Shown: positions 23,551-35,237 of the stretch, piece after piece | How the letters are laid out: every line of letters begins with the position of its first letter | How positions within the stretch are numbered: position 1 is the first letter of the stretch | Source of the DNA: Elsinoe ampelina | Taxonomy: Eukaryota | Reading direction: 5' to 3' | Length of the DNA stretch: 58,335 nt | Assembly: GCA_010093995.1 (NCBI GenBank) | Contig: ML992532.1 | Location: 1 to 58,335, forward strand | Program-made: the position numbers and the translations under genes | The notes under the pieces: model-generated | Seen by the model: the letters and a program-made list of their open reading frames with translations, nothing else | What the model was told of the DNA's origin: nothing | Database searches by the model: none

Positions 23551-25302
23551 ATGGCTAGCGACGTATTATCATGGGCTCTGTCCCGTCTCGAGAAGTTGCT
23601 ACCGCTGGACCATGAATCTCTCAGAGAGATCCTCAACTACGTCAATTCGCTGCCGAAAGATGCATCGGCAGATCACCTGAAGAACCTGCTGGGCGACTCG
23701 GCACAAGCACTGGAGTTCATATCCTCGTTCAATCAGCGCCGCAAGAATGCGCCCTCACCAATGACATCAACACCTGGATCAAGGACTCCATCCCGCCAGC
23801 CCTCGCCACCTGAAGACGGTCCACCGAGATCGAGACCACGACAGCAGAAGAAGAAACAGAATATACATGCACTTCCAGCTAGGCAGATCCAAGCGCCTGC
23901 CGATGTCACCGGGGCCTATGTCAAAAAAGACGAGCAGGACTATATGGCTGCATCGTCGAGACAACCAAAGCCCAAAGGGAACAGTCTTGCTTCCGCCATT
24001 TCGTTATCATCTACACCCTCGATTGTTGCTCAGCCGCCAACCACATCAAACTTGGCTGTATCTACACCGCCCGGACCTGCAGCTCACTCTCCAGCCGTGA
24101 CGCCCCGCTCGTCACGAACATCATCGCCAGCACCTAAACCCTCTCCCGCCAAATCATCCAATCCGAAGGCCAAGATCACCCTTGTCGGAGGGAAAGCGAT
24201 GCATGGAGCTTCAACAGCTTTGAATGATTTGGACTCAGCTATCCGCTCCCTCGAGCTTCAGACCAATCCCCTCCTTACTTCGGCCGAGGATGATGCCAAA
24301 CGGCAGTGCTCCTGCATGGCGACACAACATCCTCTCCTCACCACCGCACCCAATTGCACCAGATGTGGCAAGATAATCTGCGTGAAGCAGGGCTTGGGAC
24401 CATGTACATTCTGCAAGACACCCCTTCTCAGCTCCGATGAGCTTCAGTCAATCCTCCGGGTCCTTAAAGACGAGCGTGGCAAGGAGCGACAGACGGCCAA
24501 CAACGCAGCGCACAAGCGTGCCGAGGTTGCTCAAAAGCCAAAAGCCTTCTCTGGTCGAGACTTTCTATCTGCAAATACATCGACCACGGTATCTCCGCTC
24601 GCTTCGAACGGTCCCTCGCCAGCTGGTAGTAGGAATGCTAGTCCGGGACCGACTGCGAGTGGCAGTGCAACTTTGCTCTCATCATCGACCTCGCAAGGCA
24701 CTTCCAGCGCCGACCTCGCCCGCGCCAAAGAACACAGGGACAAACTCCTGCACTTCCAGGCCCAGAATGCGAAGCGGACACAGATTCACGACGAAGCCGC
24801 CGACTACGCCATGCCAGTCCTCAGCGGTGACGGTGGGATGAGAGGTAACATGTGGGCTAGTCCAGCTGAGAGGGCAATGGAGTTGAAACGGCAGCAGAAG
24901 GTCTTGAGGGAGATGGAATTCAATGCCAGGCCGGAGTGGGAGAAGAAGAAGGTGGTGGGGAGCATCGATATCAGTTCAGGAAAAATCGTGAGGAGATTTG
25001 TGAAGGAGAAATTCCGGGATAGTGAGGAGGATGCTGGGGAACAGGAGTTAGAGGAGATTCCACATAGTCACAGTACGGTGGCAGAGAGCAGAGGGGAGGG
25101 AGCGTTCAGCAAAAATCCATTGTTGGGCAAGATGATAAGGCCAGTGTGGAAGGCAGAGGAGCAGGAGAAGAGCAAGGGGAAAGTGGCGGAACAGGAAGAG
25201 CAAAAGAGGAAGAAATGGAGGAGAGTGCAGGATGATCTTGATGATAACGAGGGTGTTATCCTGGACGGAGGTGTGTATGGAAGGGATATCAGAGTCGCTT
25301 GA
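23551..25302 (+). CDS. RQT4: zf-C2HC5 protein, ASC-1/TRIP4/Rqt4 homolog
   Basis: CSCMATQHPL..APNCTRCGKIICVKQGLGPCTFC zinc finger and the RDKLLHFQ..AKRTQIHDEAADY block; 583-aa intronless ORF. Confidence 0.88.
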   Translation: MASDVLSWALSRLEKLLPLDHESLREILNYVNSLPKDASADHLKNLLGDSAQALEFISSFNQRRKNAPSPMTSTPGSRTPSRQPSPPEDGPPRSRPRQQKKKQNIHALPARQIQAPADVTGAYVKKDEQDYMAASSRQPKPKGNSLASAISLSSTPSIVAQPPTTSNLAVSTPPGPAAHSPAVTPRSSRTSSPAPKPSPAKSSNPKAKITLVGGKAMHGASTALNDLDSAIRSLELQTNPLLTSAEDDAKRQCSCMATQHPLLTTAPNCTRCGKIICVKQGLGPCTFCKTPLLSSDELQSILRVLKDERGKERQTANNAAHKRAEVAQKPKAFSGRDFLSANTSTTVSPLASNGPSPAGSRNASPGPTASGSATLLSSSTSQGTSSADLARAKEHRDKLLHFQAQNAKRTQIHDEAADYAMPVLSGDGGMRGNMWASPAERAMELKRQQKVLREMEFNARPEWEKKKVVGSIDISSGKIVRRFVKEKFRDSEEDAGEQELEEIPHSHSTVAESRGEGAFSKNPLLGKMIRPVWKAEEQEKSKGKVAEQEEQKRKKWRRVQDDLDDNEGVILDGGVYGRDIRVA

Positions 25303-25411
25303 GATTTCCCGTCAGTAGGAAGAACAAGTAATTGCATGTGCTTGAGCTTTAGGAGAGATGTCACTTTGACACTGTCAGACCACAATTCCCTAACATCTGT
25401 GATACCGATTC

Positions 25412-26324
25412 TCATACGTGCTGTCTCACAAGGTCGTTTGTACTGATGTATCTGGACAGGAAGATCCACCCGTAGCGAAACCAAAGCATTTGACTCTTAT
25501 GACAGTTCGTCATGGATCTTTGTGCCTTTCGATATCCTGAGAAGTTGCTGAAGAAGAGCATGCGGTCCGGAAGGGATGAGTACGGCGCCGTTGGGGCTCG
25601 ATGAAGCAGGTATAGGATCAATGACAACGGAACGTCGAAGATAGCCAGATACTTGCGGACTATATTGGTAGTTATGAGAGAATAGAGTGCCACATTAGCT
25701 TGATTCGAAGTGGACGAACTCTGGATATAATGTCTGGCTCCGGCGAGCAGGGAGATATGGTTTGCGTGCGAGGAAATACCTTTGTGATCGAAGGTAATGA
25801 TGATATCCAGACTCGGGGATGTTCCAGAGGCGTATTTGACCGACAAAGCTTCCGTGACCTTATCAGACGACCAGTAGGTCGTCATGCTGTCGGGATACGA
25901 GTCTTCATCGTCCAGGCATGTCACATCTTGTGGTGACTTCAATCCGAGATTAGCAGCCGAGCGAAGCAATTCATCGCTTCTAGTACTTCGAAGAGCTGGA
26001 TCCTCGCCTGTTCACCATCAGCGAGGATGAGTGGCAGTGATGTGGAGACCTACCATTCGACAAGCACAAAATCTCGACATGGTTCTGTAGAGCTGGAGCC
26101 GCAAGTCGAATGACTGTTGGTGAGAAGAACATTGCCTCGTCATCGCAGTGAGCAATCAAGAGACATATTCTCTTCTTACTTGGATATGGACACAGTCTGT
26201 TGATCAAGACCGCGAGAGAGATCCGAGCCGATATGACGATGACAGGTAATGCGACTAATGCTAAAAGGCCCATGATGCTTAATGCGTGGTCTGCGTCACT
26301 CGAGGTGCGTCCAAGGATGAACAT
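25412..26324 (-). CDS. GPI12: GlcNAc-PI de-N-acetylase (PIG-L/Gpi12); intron 26008-26053; alternative start at 26273
   Basis: N-terminal TM, LLIAHCDDEAMFFSPT, ILCLSNG, ITFDHKGISSHANH and HKSQMLWFR motifs. A 46-nt intron restores the frame. Confidence 0.88.
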
Positions 26325-26779
26325 TGAGGGTTCAATGTCTTATAGACTCCATCTGCAAAAATTCATGGTAAGTTATGCCACTCGCGTCGACGCAAGCGCT
26401 GGTGGTGTTTCGAAAATATTACGATGGACGTAGGAGGATGAATGACATCCAATGAGTCTTTGCTATATAGTGCCTTGGCGCAGTGTGCATCTGAAGCCTA
26501 TGCCGTCCTTGACTTCCTCCTGCATTCTCATATCTGCTGTGCCACCATCAAACTTAGGGTTATCATGCCGCTCGAATCCTGCCATTCGCTCATTCAGCGC
26601 CCAGATGAAGGACGCTGTATGAGGGTAGACAGAGTCACAATGGCGGGTCGTCGCTCATGGGCGCCGATGAGCTTGGTCCAGCGCTTACAGTGGTAGGTGG
26701 AAAGGTCCCCAGTTGTACTCATGCTTGCCTTGATGACCTAGATTCTCTATAATCTTCCTCTCGCCAGGTCTGTTGGAAT

Positions 26780-27976
26780 ATGGTGAATTCGAAGGATGAG
26801 ATTACTGGTGGATGGTACAACGGAGACGATATCCGCAGCTCTTGGAACATTCTCTGGAGCTGCGGAGCCACCATCTTTGCCTGCACGTGGACTGTACTCC
26901 ACCTTGGTATCCCGGAAGCTGGAATCACCGATAGACAATTATTTCTCCGCAAGATGCGATTGCTCGTGGTCACGGCCATGGCTCCAGAAGTCATCACTGC
27001 GTACGCTTTTGGAGAACTCCTAGCCGCGAGAAGACTATTCAAACAGCTTCGAGAAAGTGGTATTGCACCGGACGGGTAGGAGCTGGCACATGCTTACTAT
27101 CTCGGCATGGGCTCGCTCCACATTCTCTCGAGCGATGGTTACGAGATCCCGATATGCCTCCCAACCAAAACCGGAGATGATTGGCATACGCTTGTTTGCA
27201 GTCCCGTCATCATCGAACTGATGCAGTTGGAGAAACTCAAACCTCAAGCAATCAGCAAGCGGGACATACAAGATCGGAACAAGGCCGACTCATTCACGAA
27301 AGTCTTCACCCTCGCACAAAGCACTTGGTTCGTTTTTCAATCACTAGCCAGAGTGGTTGCCCATCTTCCGATCAGTCCTCTGGAAGTTAGTGCACTAGCC
27401 TACGTCTTTTGCACCGCTGTCACGTATCTATGCTGGTGGAGCAAGCCCAAAGACGTTCTCACCGTATTGAAGCTATCGGATCCTCTCTGTGTCGCAGTCC
27501 TACCAGATGATCTCCAGGACCGGATCAAGCAGTATGATTCGCACCAGGGCGTGGCTTGCCATTATCGTTGGAAGGTGTTCCGGCTGCCCTCCACCGAGGC
27601 GGAGATACTCGCTGTAATTCGACAGCGCTGGCCAGCGCTTGTCGGACTTATTACAGGGATCATATTCTGTTGCATCCATCTCAGCGCCTGGAACTTTTCC
27701 TTTCCAACAGAGACCGAAAAGATATTGTGGTGGGCATGCAGCATCGCATCTGCTACTGTCCCATTGCTTTCGTTCATCGCAGTCTTCCTCAGAAGCCTCT
27801 CACCAAAACGATTTGACAGTCTCTGGCCGCTAGTCCTGGCGATATACTGCACAATCATGCTAATCTATATCATGTGCCGACTTATCCTCTGTGTCATCAT
27901 GTTGACAACCATGCGATACCTACCCGAGGGCTCATTCACGTCCATCAATTGGGCTCTACGATTTCCGCATATCTAA
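26780..27976 (+). CDS. Uncharacterised fungal multi-pass membrane protein interrupted by a single in-frame TAG (27077-27079) at a Trp position; pseudogene or recoded gene
   Basis: ORFs 26780-27079 and 27107-27976 share a frame. Family motifs WSC..TIFACTWTVLH, APE, (W)xxxHAYYLGMG, DIQDRNKAD.FTK, LEV..LAY, WWSKPKDV and IH..AWNF.FPT.TE..LW are all intact. Confidence 0.75.
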
Positions 27977-28044
27977 TCAGCCCGGAAAAACAAACGCAGT
28001 TTGCAAAGCTCCAATTCCAATTCGCAATCAAATTTACATATATA

Positions 28045-28700
28045 CTAATTGGAATACTCTATTCTCCCTTTCTGGGGACTCCCGCGGTCTTGAGCTTTCT
28101 CGGCTTCATCTATATCGACTACTTTGCTCATCGGCTTCTTGTCCTTCTCGAATAAGAAAGCAAACTCTTCCAGAGTGGGGCCTCGGGTCTCAACAAAGAA
28201 GAAATAGACAAAAGCAAACACGACCGCCACCTATACGCAGTAATAGATGTAGAATTTCCAGCCAAGGTTCTCGATACCGATCGGATTGATGTAGTTGCCA
28301 TAGATACCGGAGACGAAGATGACGAGCAAGACGTAGCTCCGTCCCTTGGCTCGGAAATTGTATGATAGAATTTCCAGAGGATAGGTGACTACCAGGTTGA
28401 GCCAGGCAACGGTATAGAAGGGCTGGAAGAGGAAGACAGCAGCCACTACGAAGCGACCCGCCACCAGAGAGTCCTTGTCAACAGACTGCTGCGCTGCAAT
28501 TGTCCAGGTGACAAGGTTCGACAAAGTGGTGGATGAGCGTTTCCGCTTGGTACGCCAGGAGATCATGGTCGAGCTATGCGCCGACTTTGTCTGTCACGGA
28601 TGATATGGACAAATCATGGCACAGTCCCCGCATGGTCGAAGAAGCTTTCCGATGCTCTTGAGTCCAGCCGCGTCAGAACATCAGGCAAGGCCTCGAAATC
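28045..28700 (-). pseudogene. Truncated MFS sugar (lactose permease/cellodextrin-like) transporter, C-terminal fragment
   Basis: YPLEILSYNFRAKG, YINPIGIENLGWKFYIYYCV*, FFFVETRGPTLEE. TAG at 28231-28233 replaces the expected Trp. The upstream sequence is frameshifted and the N-terminal half is missing. Confidence 0.8.
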
Positions 28701-28881
28701 CCGCTGCGCTCTCCCCGCGATCTGTTAATTCTCCTGATTCTGTGAGATCTCAAGGAGCGCCGCACCAACTTGTCGGACCTTCTCCACCCGGATAAGATTA
28801 GTCCAGACCTTGTCGGCAGAGCGTCTTACCATGCTTACCCCAGGCCTCGCCATTCAGTCTCAATGCCGCAAAACCCGCTAG

Positions 28882-29250
28882 CTATACCATCCGGACCATC
28901 TTTCGGGCAATCTCCGTTCGCTTCAGATCCAGCAGATGACGTTCCTGGCTGAGACCTAGTACGATGTGGGCGCCCAGGTTGGCGAAATGCTGGACGAGTA
29001 GCAGATGCAGGAACGGATGCGTGATGGACAATTTGACTGCCTGAATCTGATACATAAGTGGAACAGTCTGTTGTCTTCCGATGGATGTGAGGGGAATGCT
29101 GTGGAAGGCCTTCAACGCCTCTGGACCTCCGTCAAGTGCCCAGGTGAATTGCAGATAGACGCTCGTCATGCGATGTCTCTGCTTGGGTGGCACGTTGTCC
29201 AGATCGATGACGCCGGAAGAGCTGTGATATTTGGAGGCAATTCGGAGTTC
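28882..29250 (-). pseudogene. Possible fragment of a fungal transcription factor gene
   Basis: FHSIPLTSIG..YQ..KLSITHPFLHLLL loosely resembles the HPFLMH block of Zn2Cys6 middle regions. No DNA-binding domain is visible. Confidence 0.3.
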
Positions 29251-29339
29251 TAAAAGTAGCTCTGATGCCAGTCCAAAGAGCTTGTGACACCAATTGAAGC
29301 TGGTGAGGAGGTTTCGCTGCGTTCTACGAACATCTTCTT

Positions 29340-30229
29340 CTACACCAAGACATGAACCCGCCGATGAACAGCACATCAGACTACTGGCATGGTATGATAG
29401 GACTGCACAGGCGGTCCGTTCTGTCGATCCGGATCACATCCTCTTCGTCGAGGGTAACACTTACTCCATGGATTTCAGCCGCTTCGAGGCTATTATTCCA
29501 AATGCCGTTTATGCTTGTCATGATTATTTCAAGATGGAGTTTCCGATCGCTGGACAGACACCGTATAGTGGCAGTCGAGAACAAAAGGCCAAGCTTCGGT
29601 CTCAGTTTGAACGCACAGTGTCGCTCATGCGTGAGCGGAAGGTTCCCATCTGGAACGGGGATTTTGGTCCTGTGTATGCCAATCCTCTGGAGGACGCCAA
29701 TGCCGATACCACGAATATGGCTCGTTATCGACTCTTACAGGAGCAGCTGAAAATATATGCCGAGACGAAGGCCCACTGGACCATCCGGCTATACAAAGAT
29801 ATAGGATACCAGGGTACGGTGTTTGTTGATCCTGCCACACCATATATGCAACTGGTGGATAGTTTCGTCAAGAAGAAGCAAAAGCTTGCCCTCGACTTCT
29901 GAGGATCCCCGAGTTAGGATGCGATCCACGAGAAGACGTACGCACCATTCTTTGCACAGCTTCGGGATATGGTACCACAACATTTGTTGGACAACAAGTA
30001 TTCAAAGATCTTCAACTTCAAAAGGCAGTTTGAGCGGGTCATTCGGGAATGTGCCCTGAGCGAATATATGGTCTGGGAGTTTGCTGAGCTGTTCAAGGGC
30101 AGAACGATGGAAGGGCTCGATGCAATGGCGCAGAGTTTCTCACTAGGAAATTGCGTCAAGCGGCAGGGCTTGAACAGTATCTTGCGACTTGACGCCTCAC
30201 TGCATCGTGATAGCAGAATTGGCAAGTAG
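29340..30229 (+). pseudogene. Glycoside hydrolase family 5 pseudogene (C-terminal half)
   Basis: HEPADEQH (NEP degenerate), VDPDHILFVEGNTY, YACHDY, IWNGDFGPVY (nucleophile E>D), YKDIGYQG. TGA at 29900-29902 stands where W is expected, followed by a frameshift. The N-terminus is absent. Confidence 0.8.
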
Positions 30230-30328
30230 GTTGGATTGTACATTGAGTAAACGTTGGCTGGATATAGGTATATGGTCACCGCTCGAGCGCAGCAAATGGT
30301 CATGACGTCGTTCCATAACATACGAGGC

Positions 30329-31513
30329 TTACCCGCTGGGGGTTTCAGCGGGCAAGGCGAAGAATTTGGATAGATCGTCCATCAAATCTGGCACAACGAC
30401 GGCGCTAATGGACTCCTGGACGGCTTGCTTGACATGGTCTTTTGCAATCCAGTAATGTCGCACAAATTTGCCGGTACACTTCTTGTCCCCTTCGAGCTGA
30501 TGTTCTGGCGCACCATTCACATCGTTGCAAGCCACTTCCCGGACATGGTCTAGGTAGTCGTATCGGACCAGCTCGGACCAGGCAGATTGTTCGTGCCAGA
30601 AGACATCTTTCCAATCCGAGCAAGTGGGATATTTTACGTTGGTGGGACACTCGATCCAGTCTTTGAGTAGCTGGGCAGTCACAGGGGTATCCTGCACGAC
30701 CATGAAACCGGAGTTGATCATCCGTCGATGATGGGTATGGTCGTACTTTTCCTTTTCGTCCGGAGCATAGCCAGCAGTGACGGCGATCTCGGAGGTGACG
30801 TTCCATTCAGTAAGCATGTATTCCATCGGCAGTCGTAGGTGAGGGAACATTACGTCGGAGTCGGTGAAAACTACGAACTTGTATCCTTCCTGCAACACTT
30901 GCTGTATAGCTTCGATCTTGACCCAAGTGGCATGCGTCCCCTTTGGTGGGGCTGGTGCTTGAACAAACTTGTAGTCGTACCCATGCATTTTTGCATAGAG
31001 ATAGTGGTTTAATCGGCCGTAACTCAGCTGTGACATGTCTTTCAGGCTATCGACCCGCCATGGCCTTGTGTCCACATCAAGAATGACCAGACGCTTCCCG
31101 AGCTTATTCGGATATAGATGATCGCTCATACCGGCCGTGATCTCCGCAGGTCCGATGGATGAGTCATGGTGCTGTTTGGCAATAACTCGGATAGTGGTCA
31201 CATCGGAGAGTGCTTGGAATCTGTTTTGATCAGTACCGCATTGCGTTGGATATGAGGAGTTTGCTCACCCTTGCCATGCAAAGCATAGGAATACCAGAGT
31301 AGCTATTACCGCAACTACTTTGCCAATCCTGCTTGTGATTTTAGGCAATCTACTTGGAGCCGAGTCGGTGGGTCGTCGGTCCAGCCATTTCGGTTCTCGA
31401 ATTCCGAAGAAGAAGGTGGGACTGGGTAATGTTGACTGTCTCTCGAGATGTGAGGGCTCGTCGTCGCTCGCACGCTGGTAGATACGGATTTGGCGGAACT
31501 TGTCAGCGAGCAT
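30329..31513 (-). CDS. Type II membrane GT-A glycosyltransferase (GT34/galactosyltransferase-like); exons 31513-31269, 31220-30329
   Basis: Cytosolic tail plus one TM. Motifs LNHYLYAKMHGYDY, TWVK, DxD (FTDSDV), NSGF, HEQSA and VRHYW. 48-nt intron. Confidence 0.85.
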
Positions 31514-33052
31514 TGTGCGATTCAAGAGAAGATTCAAGAGGAGACGCAAAGAGAGAAACAAGATGCGTCACTCGAATGAAAGACGATCATAATAATGATG
31601 CATCACCTTGCTCAAAGGCCAGATGCGCAGAGGGGCGACCGTTGTTGAATTGGCCTGGACCGTTGCAAAGGGGCCGATTCGTCGAGCCTTTCTGACCTGG
31701 CGCTCGAGTTTGACCTCTCTCAGCTGGTGATATCGAGTTTGGTGTTTGATGACCATCAAGTGATGGGAACAACAGCTCGAAGCTGTATCTGTGTTGCTGG
31801 AGATGAATGTTGGTTTGACATGTTGGAGGTGGCTGATGTTGGAAGGCTTTGGCACGGCTGCCGCCCATTCGATGCTCCTTTGCCATGACAAAGGACGCTC
31901 CTGGCCGACTACAAGGTTCTATCAAGATTGGCCTTGAATCTTGGTCAGGTGGTGGAGGGTGACGAACCTGGTTCTAGTGACGGGAGGTGTATCAAGCTGT
32001 CATTAGTGAGAGACGCCTGTCAAGTGCGACGGCGACCATCCATGGCTTCGATAACAATGACGAGCATGTTCCAAACACGTTGACCACTGTCGTGACTGAT
32101 GTCCAAGATTTGGCGGCGGTTGCAGGAGTGGGCAACAGTTGATAGTTGCGGCCGGAAGGGTTAGATTGTTTTGCAACGATGGCGAAAGTGAGGAATTTCT
32201 GGGGGCCGTCCGGCCGACGGTCAAAAGTCGGCAATGGCATTTGGCTAAAGTTTAGCTGAAGTTTGGCTGAAGTTCGGCCGCGTGCCGTGCAGAGATGGGG
32301 GCCTTGTAGGGGCCTTTTTTGTTGAACCCTGAATCCTTCTGTTCGTTCCGGGGCCCCTTTGAAGCAGAAGCTGCTACCTTCATCTAATAACAACCACTTC
32401 TCTGACTGTCAACTCGACGGCTCATTCTCGAAGAACGCGAGCGCACTATGCTGTCGTCAATGCTGCTGCCAACGCAAAATGCGACCATGTCTATGATGCT
32501 GCATCGTTCTCTGGCGTCGTCGTTCGATTGACTGACGACAACTGCTGATAGCCACGCATCCTGGTGGACACCATAACGGCCGTGGAAACATTGCACCCAA
32601 GGGACCTCACTACTGACGCAGGCACCGCGTGGCAGTCGAAGTCAAAGACAACGGTACCTGCATACTTCTCACACATCTAGACACCTTTCCCGCTTATGCA
32701 TACACCATCTTCCAACGTCCGCTACAAGCGTGCCAACCATCGACGACGCCGTTGCAAACTCCCTTGACGCACTGTTGCGCCTGTCCCTAGCACCATGCCA
32801 TCCTCCTTGGCGTCGTCGTACGCCCCTGGTATTCCCACTCCCTACGCAGCAAATGCTGCCGTCTCGGTCCACTCGGGAGATTAACTTTTGTTCTGCCAAG
32901 TCGCCTTTCAACTGTACCCAGACCGACGTTATCCTCTTAGCACCTGTATGCCCATCGGTGCGGCAGGGACTGATGTGCCGGGACTTCTGTCACTTTTGTC
33001 ATAAACAAGGTAAGCCGCAAGCAAATGACTTTGCACAACTCTCACCAACAAA

Positions 33053-35046
33053 ATGCCTTTGCCACTATCCCTTGTTGCATGGATATTGGCATGTACGGCA
33101 TCCGTCAAAGCTATTGACGCACAGGAAGATGGCTCAGCAGTCGCCCGAAACCCCTTTGATCCGACTCAGACCGCAGATTTGACTTCGTACGTCTCTGTAA
33201 GCTTTGCACTGTTTGTGCTCCTTCGTATTCTCATCCTTCGCAGCGTCCGGATATCAGAGCTCCAAAATGGAACATCACCCGACATAGTACGAAAAAGTCT
33301 AGTGACGGTCACTGGTTCGTCGCTCCTTACGGCCACTTCTATACACTTTGGGGCCGTCCAGAGTACAGTCCATGTCAAGTCGGACCAACCATTTACGATC
33401 ATGATGGGGAATTGGTCTGGTCCGGCGCATGCCTAGATCAGAATCGCAATGTCTTCGATTTCCGCCCATTCACCGTCGGTGGGGAGACGAGACTCTCCTA
33501 TATATATGCTCCGCAATGGGGTGCTGAGGCTGGACCCGACTATCCGCATCTCCTCGGTTACGCCGTCCTTATGGACTCCAACTACAATGTCTACAAGGAA
33601 ATCTCCCCGGCCGAAGGAACGAACGGCATCAATCCCCACGAGCTGCTGGTAAGGGATGAAGGCAAGCGAGCATTCATGATTGAAAGCCGCATTGAGCAAT
33701 TCGATGACTCTGAACCCACGGAACGACTACGCAATGATCACTTCGTGCACGATTCGATTGTCGAGCTGGATACCAAGTCAGGGGAGCCCATCTATCGCTG
33801 GTCTGCTCATCGTCATGGTATTATGCCAAACGAAACGCAACTTGTCAATGCTACAGAGTCTTGGAATTCAACCGAGATGTGGGATCTACTGTGAGTGTAC
33901 CATGTCTTCTCGTACTACTGTCTGACCCAATTCAGCCATATCAATTCTGTGGAGCCAACTGCTTCAGGCGACTTTATCACATCAGCCCGACACTCATCCA
34001 CTATATACAAGATACAGCGCTCTACAGGAAATGTACTTTGGCGTTTGGGTGGAGAACTGTCCTCTTTCTCACAGGACTTTAACTTCACCTGGCAGCACGA
34101 TGCGCGGGTGGTCTTCGAGAATGAGACCACAACGATATTAAGCTTCTTTGACAATGCGTCGCAGAACGTGCTGACCACGCCTCCATCAGCAGTCTCCTCG
34201 ACAGCAAAGCTGGTTGCGCTCGACACTGAGAATATGAAAGCAACGCTGCTCACCGAATGGCGGCGACCCGACGGTGGGCTGACACAACTCCGCGGAAGTG
34301 TTCAAAATCTGCCAGATACTGGCAACATCCTTGTTTCTTGGAGCGAACAAGGATACATGTCAGAGCACACGCAGGAAGGGGAGTTGCTCTGGGAGGCCAA
34401 GTTCTCCACTCCCCGCTTCAACACTTACCGGGCTTATAAGGCACCCTTTGTTGGAACGCCGGCGGAGCCACCAGTCATGAAGTCGATGATGTTCAAGAAG
34501 GGAAGGCTGGACACCGGAACGATGATCTCTTACGTCAGTTGGAACGGAGCGACGGAAGTCAAGGGTTGGAACCTATATGGTAGTACCGGGAATGGCAAGT
34601 GGACGAGTCTGGGACACAGCAAGAAGACGGGCTTTGAGACGATGATGGTAACCTCAGCCGGCTGGTCATATGTCTTTATGGAGGCTATTGACGCCAAGGG
34701 AAAGTCATTGGGGAGGACTATTATTCAGGTCGTGAGCAAGGAGAACGGTGAACTGTCCAAGGACATTGTGGGCGATACGCTTGAGGACATTACAACCGTG
34801 CAGATTGGCAAAGGGGAGGTTGAGGACGTGGTGGGCAATGAAAGCGACGAGGACGGCGAAGGTTTACTAAACTCCTTCACCGTGGGATCCGAGAGCGGGA
34901 GTCGACAATCAGGGGTGAAGATCCGCGAGCCGCCACCGCATACTATCGGAGCGATTGTAATTGCCTTGGTCGTGCTCTTTATGTACTTTCGACGGCACGC
35001 CCGGCGAAAGATGGCATGGCACTATCTCCCTGTTTCTAAGCATTGA
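33053..35046 (+). CDS. Arylsulfotransferase (ASST)-domain type I membrane protein; exons 33053-33196, 33244-33890, 33936-35046
   Basis: Signal peptide, SRPDIRAP, GPTIYD.DGELVWSG, PHE, WD.LHINSV, SARH, WQHDAR, YRAYK and YVSWNGATEV motifs, and a C-terminal TM. Confidence 0.88.
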
Positions 35047-35237
35047 GATTTTGATAGCATGATACCCTGATGATGGATGAATGAAATTCCGCATGAAGAT
35101 GAACTGGAAAGATTCTTGTTCTGACGAAATTGGAACAATGGTTTTCGTGGGCCATATACAGTAGAGATGCTATTTTCAAGAGCACAGCTCTCACCATCAT
35201 GACGTGCAATCCGCCTCGACACCTCACGGAAAACTTG

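Noticed and set aside
26554..26562. TAACCCTAA (minus strand), identical to a fungal telomerase RNA template
   Set aside because: A single 9-mer is plausible by chance in this much sequence, and a telomerase RNA here would run into GPI12. No supporting structure was seen.
27076..27132. An intron starting GTAGGA that would remove the TAG
   Set aside because: Any such intron would delete the conserved HAYYLGMG motif.
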